Positions 10,761-21,049 of a DNA stretch of 64,000 bases are shown here, piece by piece (the stretch's first letter is position 1; every line of letters begins with the position of its first letter). The notes under the pieces were generated by a model. It searched no databases. It saw only the letters and a program-made list of their open reading frames with translations, and had not been told where the DNA came from. The translations under genes were made by a program, and so were the position numbers. The DNA comes from an uncultured bacterium (GTDB taxonomy: Bacteria; Fidelibacterota; Marinisomatia; Marinisomatales; JAHJCW01). The stretch spans positions 42,167-106,166 of the forward strand of contig CAZWKR010000010.1 in assembly GCA_964634215.1 (NCBI GenBank), read 5' to 3'.

Positions 10761-11801
10761 ATGAATCTTATATTTTTTAAAAAAGCTCAGCTTTGGTTGG
10801 GCTTTTTTGTTCTAATTATAATTTTTATTGGCTGCAAAGGTAATGATCAAGCTATTACCATGACCGGTAATACAATGGGAACAACTTATTCCATTAAAGT
10901 TGTTGATAACTTATCACAACATATTGATATAAATAATGTTAACAGCAAAATTGATTCAATCTTGCAAGTTGTGAATCAGCAGATGTCAACCTATATACCC
11001 AATAGTGAAATAAGCCGTTTTAATCGGTTAGCTAGTATAGACTGGTTTCCTATATCCTCTAATTTTTATGACGTAATCGTAATGGCTCAGGAAGTATCTC
11101 ATTTAACTGATGGAGCTTTTGATATTACCGTTGGGCCGATTATAGAATTATGGGGATTTAGTGAAGAAATTTATCAAAATAATTGGCAACCGCCGAATGA
11201 TCAGGAAATAAAGGAAACAATAAAATCCATTGGATTTAGAAATATTGCCGTCGGAAAAAATTCTATAAAAAAGGTTAATCCTGATACGAAAATTGATTTA
11301 AACGCAATTGCCAAAGGATATGGCGTTGATGTTGTATTTGCATTATTACAAAGTATGAAATTTACTGATATATTGGTCGAAATTGGTGGAGAAGTTCGTT
11401 GTGCCGGATTTAACAAAGATGGTAGTTCTTGGAGGATTGGAATTGATAAGCCAATATTGGATATTATACCCGGTGTAGAATTGCAAACTGCTATATCGTT
11501 AGATAATAAAGCCTTAGCAACTTCCGGGGATTATAGAAATTATTTTGAATATAATGGAGAATTATATTCGCATATGATTAATCCCATAACCGGTTACCCA
11601 ATAGAAAATAATGTGGCATCAGTGTCGGTCACAGCGCCGAATTGTATGACCGCTGATGCAATAGCTACAGCATTGATGGTTATGGGAAAGGACGGTATTG
11701 AACTAATCAATTCGTTGGATGAAGTTGAAGCTATGATAATTATTCGAACAGGTGAAAATAAATTCAAAAGTATAGGAAGTATTGGATGGGTCGAAAATTG
11801 A
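10761..11801 (+). CDS. apbE: FAD:protein FMN transferase (lipoprotein)
   Basis: Lipobox FIGC, GNTMGTTY, DLNAIAKGYGVD, ATSGDYRNYF, ADAIATA; start placed at ATG 10761 just after nqrF stop. Confidence 0.92.
   Translation: MNLIFFKKAQLWLGFFVLIIIFIGCKGNDQAITMTGNTMGTTYSIKVVDNLSQHIDINNVNSKIDSILQVVNQQMSTYIPNSEISRFNRLASIDWFPISSNFYDVIVMAQEVSHLTDGAFDITVGPIIELWGFSEEIYQNNWQPPNDQEIKETIKSIGFRNIAVGKNSIKKVNPDTKIDLNAIAKGYGVDVVFALLQSMKFTDILVEIGGEVRCAGFNKDGSSWRIGIDKPILDIIPGVELQTAISLDNKALATSGDYRNYFEYNGELYSHMINPITGYPIENNVASVSVTAPNCMTADAIATALMVMGKDGIELINSLDEVEAMIIIRTGENKFKSIGSIGWVEN
10779..10808 (+). terminator. Intrinsic terminator-like hairpin after nqrF, overlapping the apbE 5' coding region
   Basis: AAAAAA-GCTCAGC-TTTG-GTTGGGC-TTTTTT: 7-bp stem with two G:U pairs flanked by A6/T6. 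Confidence 0.6.
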
Positions 11802-11818
11802 TACTGATTTGTGGAGAA

Positions 11819-11974
11819 TTAATTGTTCTCGCATTTGTCGGTATCTCCACCACAAACTGAGCAAGATGCTTCACCACTACAAGTAGTGTTCAGTTCTTTA
11901 CCTCCTAGAAATGTGCCAATCCCTAAAATGAAAATGACAACTGCTATAGCAATAATTCCGACTAATAAATTCAT
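11819..11974 (-). CDS. nqrM: NqrM-like (Na+-NQR maturation) small membrane protein
   Basis: 51 aa, single N-terminal TM helix followed by four Cys (TCSGEASCSVCGGDTDKC); adjacent to apbE although on the opposite strand. Confidence 0.65.
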   Translation of the reverse strand: MNLLVGIIAIAVVIFILGIGTFLGGKELNTTCSGEASCSVCGGDTDKCENN

Positions 11975-12109
11975 GAATAAAATTACAAAGTATTTCAGGC
12001 AAAGTTCCACAAAATAGAAATGATTTTTATATAATAATTCTATTAAAAAGTGTAATTTATATCTTATATATTTTAGGAATTAATGATCAAAAATCTAACG
12101 GTATAATTA

Positions 12110-13543
12110 ATGAAAATATTTCGAATTAGCTTAATATCTATTATCATTTTTGCTGCAAATATTCTTTTAGCATCCGGAGGACATGATGCTCATTCTGTAC
12201 CGCATGTTGATGGAACGACTTTATCAATTTGGTGGACAATTCCATTTGCTGGTATTTTATTGTCAATTGCAGTAATGCCACTAGTCTTACCACACTTTTG
12301 GCATAATAACTTTGGTAAAGTATCATTTTTTTGGGCATTAACATTTATTATTCCATTCTTCATTGTGGAGGGTTATTCGATAACTCTTTATGAGTTTCTT
12401 CATATCATATTATTAGACTACGTTCCTTTCATAATACTATTACTTGCCCTATTTACGATTTCCGGTGGAATTCGATTAAAAGGTACATTGGTTGGTACAC
12501 CAATCTTAAATTCTATTATTATATTAACTGGTACAATATTAGCAAGTTGGATGGGGACAACAGGTGCAGCAATGCTTTTAATACGTCCGATAATCAGAGC
12601 TAATCAACACCGTGAACATAAAGTTCATGTAATTGTATTTTTCATTTTCTTGGTAGCTAATATTGGAGGATCTTTAACACCACTTGGTGATCCGCCACTG
12701 TTTCTAGGATTTTTAAAGGGAGTCGATTTCTTTTGGACTACATCTGCTATGTTCATGCCAATGTTATTTATGATTGTCACACTATTACTCATTTTCTTTT
12801 TGATTGATAGTAGGTATTATAATATGGAAGATCATTCCAAAAAACCAATTACCAATGAAAATGAAAAATTAGGAATTGAAGGTTCAATAAATTTTCTATT
12901 TTTACTCGGGGTGATCGCTGCCGTCTTAATGAGCGGAATTTGGAATCCACACACTTCATTCAATATTTATCATGTAGAATTAAAATTACCCAATTTAATG
13001 AGGGACATTTTATTGCTTTCATTAACGGTGTTAAGTTGGCAATTCACTTCTAAAACCCTTAGGAAGGCAAATCAGTTTACATGGTTTCCAATACAGGAAG
13101 TCGCAAAATTATTTGCGGGTATATTTATTACAATTATCCCCGCCATTGCGATATTACGGGCGGGCACCGATGGTGCTTTGTCCGCAATCATTAATTCAGT
13201 GTCATCAAACGGTGAACCGATAAATTATATGTATTTTTGGGCAACAGGAATTTTATCAAGTTTCTTGGATAATGCGCCAACATATTTAGTATTTTTCAAT
13301 ACAGCAGGTGGTAATGCTCAAGAACTGATGGGACCAATGCATAATACATTACTTGCCATTTCGGCGGGAGCTGTTTTTATGGGAGCCAATACTTACATAG
13401 GAAACGCTCCTAATTTTATGGTCAAATCAATTGCTGAAGAACAAAATATATCAATGCCAAGCTTTTTTGGATACATGCTTAAATACTCAATTCCAATTTT
13501 AATTCCACTATTTATCTTAGTAACATATATATTTTTCTTATGA
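12110..13543 (+). CDS. IT-superfamily secondary transporter (putative sodium:proton antiporter / CitMHS-like)
   Basis: Polytopic; GTTGAAMLLIRP, NIGGSLTPLGDPP, SSFLDNAPT, TYIGNAPNF motifs. Confidence 0.75.
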   Translation: MKIFRISLISIIIFAANILLASGGHDAHSVPHVDGTTLSIWWTIPFAGILLSIAVMPLVLPHFWHNNFGKVSFFWALTFIIPFFIVEGYSITLYEFLHIILLDYVPFIILLLALFTISGGIRLKGTLVGTPILNSIIILTGTILASWMGTTGAAMLLIRPIIRANQHREHKVHVIVFFIFLVANIGGSLTPLGDPPLFLGFLKGVDFFWTTSAMFMPMLFMIVTLLLIFFLIDSRYYNMEDHSKKPITNENEKLGIEGSINFLFLLGVIAAVLMSGIWNPHTSFNIYHVELKLPNLMRDILLLSLTVLSWQFTSKTLRKANQFTWFPIQEVAKLFAGIFITIIPAIAILRAGTDGALSAIINSVSSNGEPINYMYFWATGILSSFLDNAPTYLVFFNTAGGNAQELMGPMHNTLLAISAGAVFMGANTYIGNAPNFMVKSIAEEQNISMPSFFGYMLKYSIPILIPLFILVTYIFFL

Positions 13544-14082
13544 GAATTACTAAAGTAACAACTAAAGTTGGAGATAAGGGAACAACATCCATCGGAGATG
13601 GTACTAAAGTATCAAAATCTGATTTAAGGATATGTTGTATTGGTGAAGTTGATGAATTGAATTCATTTATTGGTCACGTAAAAATTATTGCACCTAATAA
13701 AATTTTCGTACAAGAATTGATCGGAATTCAAAATAATTTATTGAATTTGGGTGGTGAGTTATCAATTCCTGATAAAAACATAGAACTATTGAAAGAAGAT
13801 GCGATTTTTAAATTGGAAGCAAGTATCGACAAGATGAATAAAGAATTGCCTCCATTGAATGAATTTATTTTACCCGGAGGAGATGAGTTCTCTGCACGAT
13901 TACATGTTGTTCGTTCAATTTGTCGAAGAGTCGAAAGAAAATTGGTAAAACTTATTGAATCGGAAAATGGTCGCAATGTCTGGATAATATTTCTAAATCG
14001 ATTATCTGATTATTTGTTTGTTTTAGCTCGCTATTATACAATCAAAAATAATATTGATGAAAATCAATGGAGTAAACTTTAA
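13540..14082 (+). CDS. pduO: PduO-type ATP:cob(I)alamin adenosyltransferase
   Basis: TKVGDKGTT, GEVDELNS, FILPGG, RSICRRVER, LNRLSDYLF. Confidence 0.9.
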   Translation: MRITKVTTKVGDKGTTSIGDGTKVSKSDLRICCIGEVDELNSFIGHVKIIAPNKIFVQELIGIQNNLLNLGGELSIPDKNIELLKEDAIFKLEASIDKMNKELPPLNEFILPGGDEFSARLHVVRSICRRVERKLVKLIESENGRNVWIIFLNRLSDYLFVLARYYTIKNNIDENQWSKL

Positions 14083-14146
14083 TTAGGGAAATTCATAGAA
14101 TAATAATGGGTAATACCGTAATTTATACGTTTTGCAAAAGTGATAA

Positions 14147-15154
14147 ATGACTGATTGGAAAAAAATATATCAAGAAATTGAAAAAGCTGATTCGATCATG
14201 CTAACAACACATGAGAATCCAGATGGAGATGGTATCGGTTCTATTGTTGCATTGTATCAACATTTAATGCTAAAAAGTAAAAAATGTAGAATTTTACTTA
14301 CTTCCAAATTGCCTGAGGAGTTTCAATTTTTAGAACATAACGATAAATTTGAAGTCTTTGACGAGATAAAACATACGGAATGGTTAAGCAAAGTAGATCT
14401 ATCAATATTATTAGACATTGGTAACTATACAAGAACAGGCAGAATGTGGAATGTTATTCAGAAAAATGGAACTACTGTAGTGAATATTGATCATCATCCT
14501 TATCCAAACGGACATCCATTTACAATTAATATGTCAGATATAAATGCTTCTGCGACGGGTGAATTAATCTATAGTTATTTAAAAGCAATTGATCCTGATT
14601 CTTTGTCAAAAAAAGTGTATGAGGCAATATACGTAGCTATAATGACGGATACTGGTTCTTTTAGTTATAATAATACAAATGTTATATGTCATGAGATCGC
14701 CGCGAATGCGATAAAAGCTGGTGTGAATACTGCCAAGGTACATCAAAATATATATGGTTCGAGTTCTCGATCTAGAATTAAGTTATTAGCAGCCGTAGCT
14801 GACAAATTGCAATTCACTTATAATGATAAGTTGGTGTGGTTTACAATTACAAAGGAAATGATGACCAATGCTAACGCGGTAAAAGATGACGTAGACGGAT
14901 TTACAGATTTTGCCCGTTCAATAAAGGGCGTTGAAGTATCATTGATGGTTTTTGAAAATGACGACAATTCTTGCAGGATTAATTTCCGATCAAAAGGATA
15001 TTATTCTATTAATAAAATTGCTCAATATTTTGGAGGTGGTGGCCATGCATTTGCTGCGGGAGCTAAAGTTAGTGGAAAAATATCTAATGTAGCTTCCGAA
15101 GTAGTAGAAAAAACTATCAAAATAATTAAAGAACAAGAAGAGGTTACAGGTTGA
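14147..15154 (+). CDS. nrnA: DHH-family oligoribonuclease / pAp phosphatase
   Basis: HENPDGD, IDHH, TDTGSF, GGGGHAFAAG. Confidence 0.88.
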   Translation: MTDWKKIYQEIEKADSIMLTTHENPDGDGIGSIVALYQHLMLKSKKCRILLTSKLPEEFQFLEHNDKFEVFDEIKHTEWLSKVDLSILLDIGNYTRTGRMWNVIQKNGTTVVNIDHHPYPNGHPFTINMSDINASATGELIYSYLKAIDPDSLSKKVYEAIYVAIMTDTGSFSYNNTNVICHEIAANAIKAGVNTAKVHQNIYGSSSRSRIKLLAAVADKLQFTYNDKLVWFTITKEMMTNANAVKDDVDGFTDFARSIKGVEVSLMVFENDDNSCRINFRSKGYYSINKIAQYFGGGGHAFAAGAKVSGKISNVASEVVEKTIKIIKEQEEVTG

Positions 15155-16014
15155 AAATAATCGTTGCAAAAGATGCCGGTTATTGTTTTGGAGTTAGGAA
15201 TGCTGTCGATCAAGCATATAAAACCACCAAGGAGCACGGTGATGTATACATGTTAGGTCATATAGTACATAATGAGAACGTAGTTGAAGATTTGGAAAAA
15301 TCCGGCACCAAAGTAGTTGATTCACTAGATCAGGTACCTTCCAATAAACCACTCTTATTTAGAGCTCATGGTACCGAACCAAATATTTGGAAACAGGCTC
15401 ATAAAAAGAAATTAAATATAATTGATGCAACATGTCCGCTTGTGACAGAGATACATGAAGAAGTTCGCAGATTAGAGAAGGAAGGAAGACAGATAATTAT
15501 AATTGGAGACCATGGACATGATGAAATAGTCGGTATTTCAACTCAAGTAAAAAATCCAATAATAATATCTGATGCTAAAGAAGCCCAAAAATTAAAAAAA
15601 ATGAAACGTGTTGGTGTCGTTAGTCAATCAACACAAATGATAGAAAATATTCAAGATATAATAAGTGAATTGTTAACTAAAGTTAGTGATTTACACTTTG
15701 TAAATACCATTTGTTTTCCAACAAAACGTAATCATGCGCAAATTAAAAAATTAGCACAAACAGCCGATATATTGATTATCATTGGATCATTTACTAGCGC
15801 AAATTCAAAACGATTAACACAATTGGCATTAGAGAGAAACCCACAATCATATCAAGTTACGAATGTAAATGATATTCAAAATGAGTGGTTTACAAACGCA
15901 GGATTAGTTGGCATTTCAGCTGGTGCTTCAACACCTGACAATGTAATACAAGATGTAATTCAACATGTTAAAAAAATTGGTAATGTTATTAATGAGGAAA
16001 TAATTTATGAATAA
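15151..16014 (+). CDS. ispH: 4-hydroxy-3-methylbut-2-enyl diphosphate reductase
   Basis: [32 protein letters not shown] start overlapping the nrnA stop. Confidence 0.95.
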   Translation: MKIIVAKDAGYCFGVRNAVDQAYKTTKEHGDVYMLGHIVHNENVVEDLEKSGTKVVDSLDQVPSNKPLLFRAHGTEPNIWKQAHKKKLNIIDATCPLVTEIHEEVRRLEKEGRQIIIIGDHGHDEIVGISTQVKNPIIISDAKEAQKLKKMKRVGVVSQSTQMIENIQDIISELLTKVSDLHFVNTICFPTKRNHAQIKKLAQTADILIIIGSFTSANSKRLTQLALERNPQSYQVTNVNDIQNEWFTNAGLVGISAGASTPDNVIQDVIQHVKKIGNVINEEIIYE

Positions 16015-16888
16015 GGATTTATATAAAATTAAAGTAGGACTGGCAGAGATGCTTAAGGGCGGCGTGATTATGGATGTTACTAACTCTGAACAAGCCAAAA
16101 TTGCAGAAGATGCTGGAGCAGTTGCTGTTATGGCTTTGGAAAGAATACCAGCAGATATTCGTAAAGATGGTGGTATTGCTCGAATGAGTAATCCCGAAAT
16201 GATTAAGAATATTCAAGAAATAGTATCTATACCAGTTATGGCAAAGTGCAGGATTGGACATTTCGCTGAAGCGCAAATCCTGGAAGCACTTGAAGTAGAT
16301 TTTATTGACGAAAGTGAGGTTTTAACACCAGCTGATGAAAACAATCATATCTGGAAAAAAGATTTCAAAATTCCATTCGTTTGTGGCTGTCGTAATTTGG
16401 GTGAAGCACTGCGTAGAATTGGTGAGGGTGCGGCTATGATCCGAACTAAGGGTGAAGCAGGTAGTGGAAATATTGTTGAGGCTGTAAGGCATATGCGTAC
16501 AATTCAAGCTCAAATGAAAACATTAACTATAATGGATCATTCTGAATTGATGGCAACAGCCAAAGAATTTGGCGCACCATTTTCTCTAATTGAAGTTGTT
16601 GCAAAAACCGGAAAATTACCGGTACCAAATTTTGCTGCAGGTGGTATTGCTACTCCAGCTGATGCATCTTTAATGATGCAACTTGGTGCTGAATCGGTTT
16701 TTGTGGGATCTGGTATATTTATGAGTGACGATCCGGCTGACCGTGCCAAAGCAATTGTAGATGCTGTTACTTATTTTGATGATTCAAAGAAATTGTCAGA
16801 AATTTCAAGTGGATTAAAATCAGCGATGAAAGGGCTTGATATATCTGAAATTCCAGAGGGACAAAAACTTCAAGAACGAGGTTGGTAG
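16007..16888 (+). CDS. pdxS: Pyridoxal 5'-phosphate synthase lyase subunit
   Basis: [35 protein letters not shown]-terminal QERGW. Confidence 0.97.
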   Translation: MNKDLYKIKVGLAEMLKGGVIMDVTNSEQAKIAEDAGAVAVMALERIPADIRKDGGIARMSNPEMIKNIQEIVSIPVMAKCRIGHFAEAQILEALEVDFIDESEVLTPADENNHIWKKDFKIPFVCGCRNLGEALRRIGEGAAMIRTKGEAGSGNIVEAVRHMRTIQAQMKTLTIMDHSELMATAKEFGAPFSLIEVVAKTGKLPVPNFAAGGIATPADASLMMQLGAESVFVGSGIFMSDDPADRAKAIVDAVTYFDDSKKLSEISSGLKSAMKGLDISEIPEGQKLQERGW

Positions 16889-16889
16889 T

Positions 16890-17468
16890 TTGAAAATTGG
16901 TGTTTTAGCTCTTCAGGGTAATTACAAAATGCATAACCAAATATTGAAAAGTATAGGAATTGAACCTATACCAATTAGATATCCAAATGAATTGGACACC
17001 ATAGAAGGACTTGTAATTCCCGGTGGAGAATCAACAACAATGTCAAAATTAATGAAAAGGGTAGGTTTTTATAAACCGCTTAAATCATTTGCAAACGATT
17101 ATCCTGTTTTAGGGACTTGTGCTGGGTTAATTTTAATGTCTGAAAAGGTTATTGATGCCGAATTAAATTCACTTGGTATTTTAGATGTACAAGTTGAACG
17201 AAATGGGTACGGTAGACAAATACACTCGAATACAATAAATGTCGATATTGAATTGAATAATATTAATTATAGTCTTCCAGCATCGTTTATACGAGCACCA
17301 AAGATAGTTACTTATGGAAAATCTGTGAGTGTTTTAGCTGTAGATGGTGATGTCCCTATAATTGTGAGAAATGATAAACATCTGGGAATCTCATTTCATC
17401 CGGAATTAGATAATATTTCAATTTTACATGAATATGTTTTTATAAGCAGCAAGACGGACAATGAATAA
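16890..17468 (+). CDS. pdxT: PLP synthase glutaminase subunit
   Basis: GVLALQG, PGGESTT, GTCAG, FIRAP, FHPEL; TTG start at 16890 right after pdxS. Confidence 0.94.
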   Translation: MKIGVLALQGNYKMHNQILKSIGIEPIPIRYPNELDTIEGLVIPGGESTTMSKLMKRVGFYKPLKSFANDYPVLGTCAGLILMSEKVIDAELNSLGILDVQVERNGYGRQIHSNTINVDIELNNINYSLPASFIRAPKIVTYGKSVSVLAVDGDVPIIVRNDKHLGISFHPELDNISILHEYVFISSKTDNE

Positions 17469-19350
17469 TATGATGGGTAAAATATTAGAAAGGATAAGTT
17501 CACCAGCAGACCTAAAAGAATTATCAATTGATGATTTAAAAAAACTTGCTAAAGAAATTCGAAAATATACAATTACAACTGTAGAAAAGACCGGTGGTCA
17601 TTTAGCATCAACATTAGGGGCGGTAGAATTAACGATTGCATTGCATTATATATATAATACTCCTAAGGATAAACTAGTGTGGGACGTTGGACATCAGGGT
17701 TATGCACATAAAATTTTAACCGGCCGCAAGGAAAAATTAAATACCATTCGGCAATATGGTGGTTTGTGTGGTTTCCTTGCTCCGAGTGAAAGTGAATATG
17801 ATGCCTTTGGAGCCGGGCACGCGTCAACTTCCATCTCCGCCGCATTCGGAATTGCATCGGCACGAGACCATAATGATGAAAATTATAAAGTGGTCGCAAT
17901 TATTGGTGATGGTGCTATGACCGGAGGATTAGCATTTGAGGGTTTGAATAACGCAGGGAACTCTAAAAAACAATTACTGGTTATTCTTAATGACAATACT
18001 ATGTCAATTAGTCCAAATGTAGGTGCAATGAGGAGTTATCTTACAAAAGTTGTAACTAATCCTCTTTATAATCGAGTAAGAGATGAAATATGGAAAACAA
18101 CTAATTCTGTTCCGATTGGAAGACGAGTTACACGTAAAATGCTAAGAAAAATTGAGGAAAGTTTAAAATCACTAATGGCGCCCGGATTACTATTTGATGA
18201 ATTCGGTTTCCGATATTTTGGACCGATTGATGGTAATAATATGGAATTAATGGTAAGCACATTAGAAAATATTAAAGATATCAATACACCGGTTCTACTT
18301 CATATTGTGACGAAGAAAGGGAAGGGAATGCATTCAGCTGAGTCTGATCCGGTAACTTTTCACGGTGTATCTCCAAATGATAGAAAAAAGAAAAAACCTA
18401 CTGAAGAAAAGATTGAAGTACCATCATTTCAGAATGCATTTGGAGAGATCGCTTGCGAAATTAGTCGTAATCGCGATGATACAGTATGTATTACAGCAGC
18501 GATGAAAGAAGGAACGGGTTTAGTGTCTTTTGCTAAAGAATTTCCAGATCGGTTCTATGATGTTGGTATTGCAGAGGGTCATGCCGTAACATTTTCTGCA
18601 GGTATGGCTGTGCAAGGTGTGAGACCTATTGTAGCAATTTATTCAACGTTTTTACAACGGGCATATGACCACATAATTCATGATGTAGCATTACAAAATT
18701 TACCTGTAATCTTTTGTTTAGATCGTGCAGGGTTAGTTGGTGAAGATGGTGCAACACATCATGGTACACTTGATATTGCTTATTCAAGATGCATACCCAA
18801 TTTAATTGTATCTGCGCCAAAAGATGGTAATGAACTGCGTAATATTATGAATACAGCCCTCAATCAGAATACAAAACCATTTATGATAAGGTATCCTAGA
18901 TCGTCTTCATTTGTATTTGATAAAAATGGTCAATCAGATTTAATCCCAATCGGAAATTGGGAAAAGGTCGTATCAGGTAATGACATTGCAATTCTAGCTG
19001 TTGGATCAATGGTTAAACCATCTTTGGAAGCAGCCATTGATATGGCAAATGAAAATATTTCATGTGAAGTAATTAATTGTCGATTTATACAACCAATGGA
19101 TGAAGAATATTTAAAATCAGTAATTAAGAAATTTAATAAAATCGTTACAGTTGAAGAAGGTGTAATGAATGGTGGATTTGGAAGTGGCGTATCAGCATGG
19201 TTGACTGACAATAATTACACTGGATATATAAAAAGGATAGGTATTCCCAATGAATTTATAACTCATGGGAATAGAGATATTTTATTAAATGAAATCGGGT
19301 TGGATAAATCAGGAATTATTAATAAGGTTAAAGAATTTCTAAATGGTTGA
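17461..19350 (+). CDS. dxs: 1-deoxy-D-xylulose-5-phosphate synthase
   Basis: GGHLAS, WDVGHQ, GDGAMTGG, DVGIAE, DRAGLVGEDG. Confidence 0.96.
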   Translation: MNNMMGKILERISSPADLKELSIDDLKKLAKEIRKYTITTVEKTGGHLASTLGAVELTIALHYIYNTPKDKLVWDVGHQGYAHKILTGRKEKLNTIRQYGGLCGFLAPSESEYDAFGAGHASTSISAAFGIASARDHNDENYKVVAIIGDGAMTGGLAFEGLNNAGNSKKQLLVILNDNTMSISPNVGAMRSYLTKVVTNPLYNRVRDEIWKTTNSVPIGRRVTRKMLRKIEESLKSLMAPGLLFDEFGFRYFGPIDGNNMELMVSTLENIKDINTPVLLHIVTKKGKGMHSAESDPVTFHGVSPNDRKKKKPTEEKIEVPSFQNAFGEIACEISRNRDDTVCITAAMKEGTGLVSFAKEFPDRFYDVGIAEGHAVTFSAGMAVQGVRPIVAIYSTFLQRAYDHIIHDVALQNLPVIFCLDRAGLVGEDGATHHGTLDIAYSRCIPNLIVSAPKDGNELRNIMNTALNQNTKPFMIRYPRSSSFVFDKNGQSDLIPIGNWEKVVSGNDIAILAVGSMVKPSLEAAIDMANENISCEVINCRFIQPMDEEYLKSVIKKFNKIVTVEEGVMNGGFGSGVSAWLTDNNYTGYIKRIGIPNEFITHGNRDILLNEIGLDKSGIINKVKEFLNG

Positions 19351-19368
19351 TGATTGTAGGCAACAAAA

Positions 19369-21015
19369 GTGACTAATTATAAAAAGCAAAAAAACCAATG
19401 GGAATCAGATGTAGATAAGGCAAAAAAACGCAAATATGATTTCCGCACTGTTAGCGGTTTACCTGTTGATCTTTTTTATATGCCGGAGCCAGAATCTGAA
19501 GATTATGTAAATGAACTTGGTTTCCCCGGACAATATCCTTTTACACGTGGCGTTCACGCTAATATGTATAGAGGTAAATTGTGGACCATGCGCCAATTTG
19601 CCGGTTTTGGTACACCACAAGAAACAAATGAACGATACCACTTTTTACTATCTCAGGGGCAAACTGGTCTATCTGTAGCTTTCGACATGCCAACTTTAAT
19701 GGGTTATGATCCAGGTCATGATTTTGCACTGGGTGAAGTAGGTAAATGCGGAGTTAATGTTGCTTCCCTTAAAGATATGGAAATATTGTTTGATAATATT
19801 GATTTAGGTAAGATTTCAGTATCACAAACAATAAATGGCCCAGCTGTAATATTGTTAGCATTCTATATTGCCGTTGCTGACAATCAAAATGTATCTCAAA
19901 AACAATTACGCGGAACATTACAGAATGATATACTGAAAGAATTTATTGCACAAAAAGAATGGATATTTCCACCTGTGCAATCAATGCGAGTTATTACCGA
20001 TATGATGCAATATTGTGCTGAGCATATGCCACAGTACAATACAATTTCGATTTCTGGTTATCATATTCGAGAAGCCGGTTCTACTGCCGCACAAGAATTG
20101 GCATTTACTCTTGCTGACGGATTCGCATACGTTGAGCACGCTGTTGCCGCAGGAATGGATGTAGATAGATTTGCACCACGACTTTCATTCTTCTTTAATG
20201 CACATTTAGACTTTTTTGAGGAAATTGCTAAATACCGCGCAGCAAGACGAATCTGGGCTAAGCGAATGAAAAATAAATATAATGCAAAGAGTGAAAAATC
20301 CTGGAAGCTACGATTTCACACTCAGACCGCGGGTTGCTCATTAACTGCTCAACAACCGGAAATTAATATCGCCCGTACCGCATTTCAGGCACTGTCAGGA
20401 GTACTAGGCGGTACGCAATCTTTACATACAAATTCTATGGATGAAACGCTTGCCTTGCCTTCTGAAAAAGCCGCAGAAATTGCATTGAGAACTCAACAGT
20501 TAATTGCGTACGAAACCGGTGTTGCAAATGTAATTGATCCATTGGGTGGGTCGTGGTATATTGAATCATTAACCAATAAATTGGAAGAAGAAGCTGAATC
20601 GTATTTTGATCAAATAGATGAATTAGGCGGAGTAATTCCAGCAATAGAACTAGGGTTTTTCCAGCGGGAAATCGCCAAATCGGCATCTGAATACCAACAG
20701 TTAGTTGATGATAAAAGACGAATAGTAGTTGGTGTAAATGATTTCATTAAGGAAGATGAAAAAATTGATATACCAATTCTTGAAATCAGCAAAGATGCTG
20801 AGGAAAAACAATTAAAGGCTATTAATGATTTAAGGAAACATCGCAACAATGAAGAAGTGAAATTGGCTCTTGAGGAAGTTAGAAAGGCCTGTAAAGGTGA
20901 AGCAAATATTATGCCGCCAATTATTAATGCCGCTAAAACATATGCAACGCTAGGTGAAATTGTTGCTGCGATGAAAGACATATTTGGAGAATGGCAAGAG
21001 TCATCAATATTTTAA
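19369..21015 (+). CDS. icmA: AdoCbl-dependent acyl-CoA mutase large (substrate-binding) subunit, isobutyryl-CoA mutase type
   Basis: [44 protein letters not shown]; no C-terminal B12-binding domain; Phe/Gln at the specificity positions. Confidence 0.8.
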   Translation: MTNYKKQKNQWESDVDKAKKRKYDFRTVSGLPVDLFYMPEPESEDYVNELGFPGQYPFTRGVHANMYRGKLWTMRQFAGFGTPQETNERYHFLLSQGQTGLSVAFDMPTLMGYDPGHDFALGEVGKCGVNVASLKDMEILFDNIDLGKISVSQTINGPAVILLAFYIAVADNQNVSQKQLRGTLQNDILKEFIAQKEWIFPPVQSMRVITDMMQYCAEHMPQYNTISISGYHIREAGSTAAQELAFTLADGFAYVEHAVAAGMDVDRFAPRLSFFFNAHLDFFEEIAKYRAARRIWAKRMKNKYNAKSEKSWKLRFHTQTAGCSLTAQQPEINIARTAFQALSGVLGGTQSLHTNSMDETLALPSEKAAEIALRTQQLIAYETGVANVIDPLGGSWYIESLTNKLEEEAESYFDQIDELGGVIPAIELGFFQREIAKSASEYQQLVDDKRRIVVGVNDFIKEDEKIDIPILEISKDAEEKQLKAINDLRKHRNNEEVKLALEEVRKACKGEANIMPPIINAAKTYATLGEIVAAMKDIFGEWQESSIF

Positions 21016-21049
21016 AGGTAATAATAACAATATCTTAAGGAGAAGGTAA

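Noticed and set aside
11823..12017. Plus-strand 64-aa ORF
   Set aside because: Antisense shadow of the nqrM-like gene, no recognisable features
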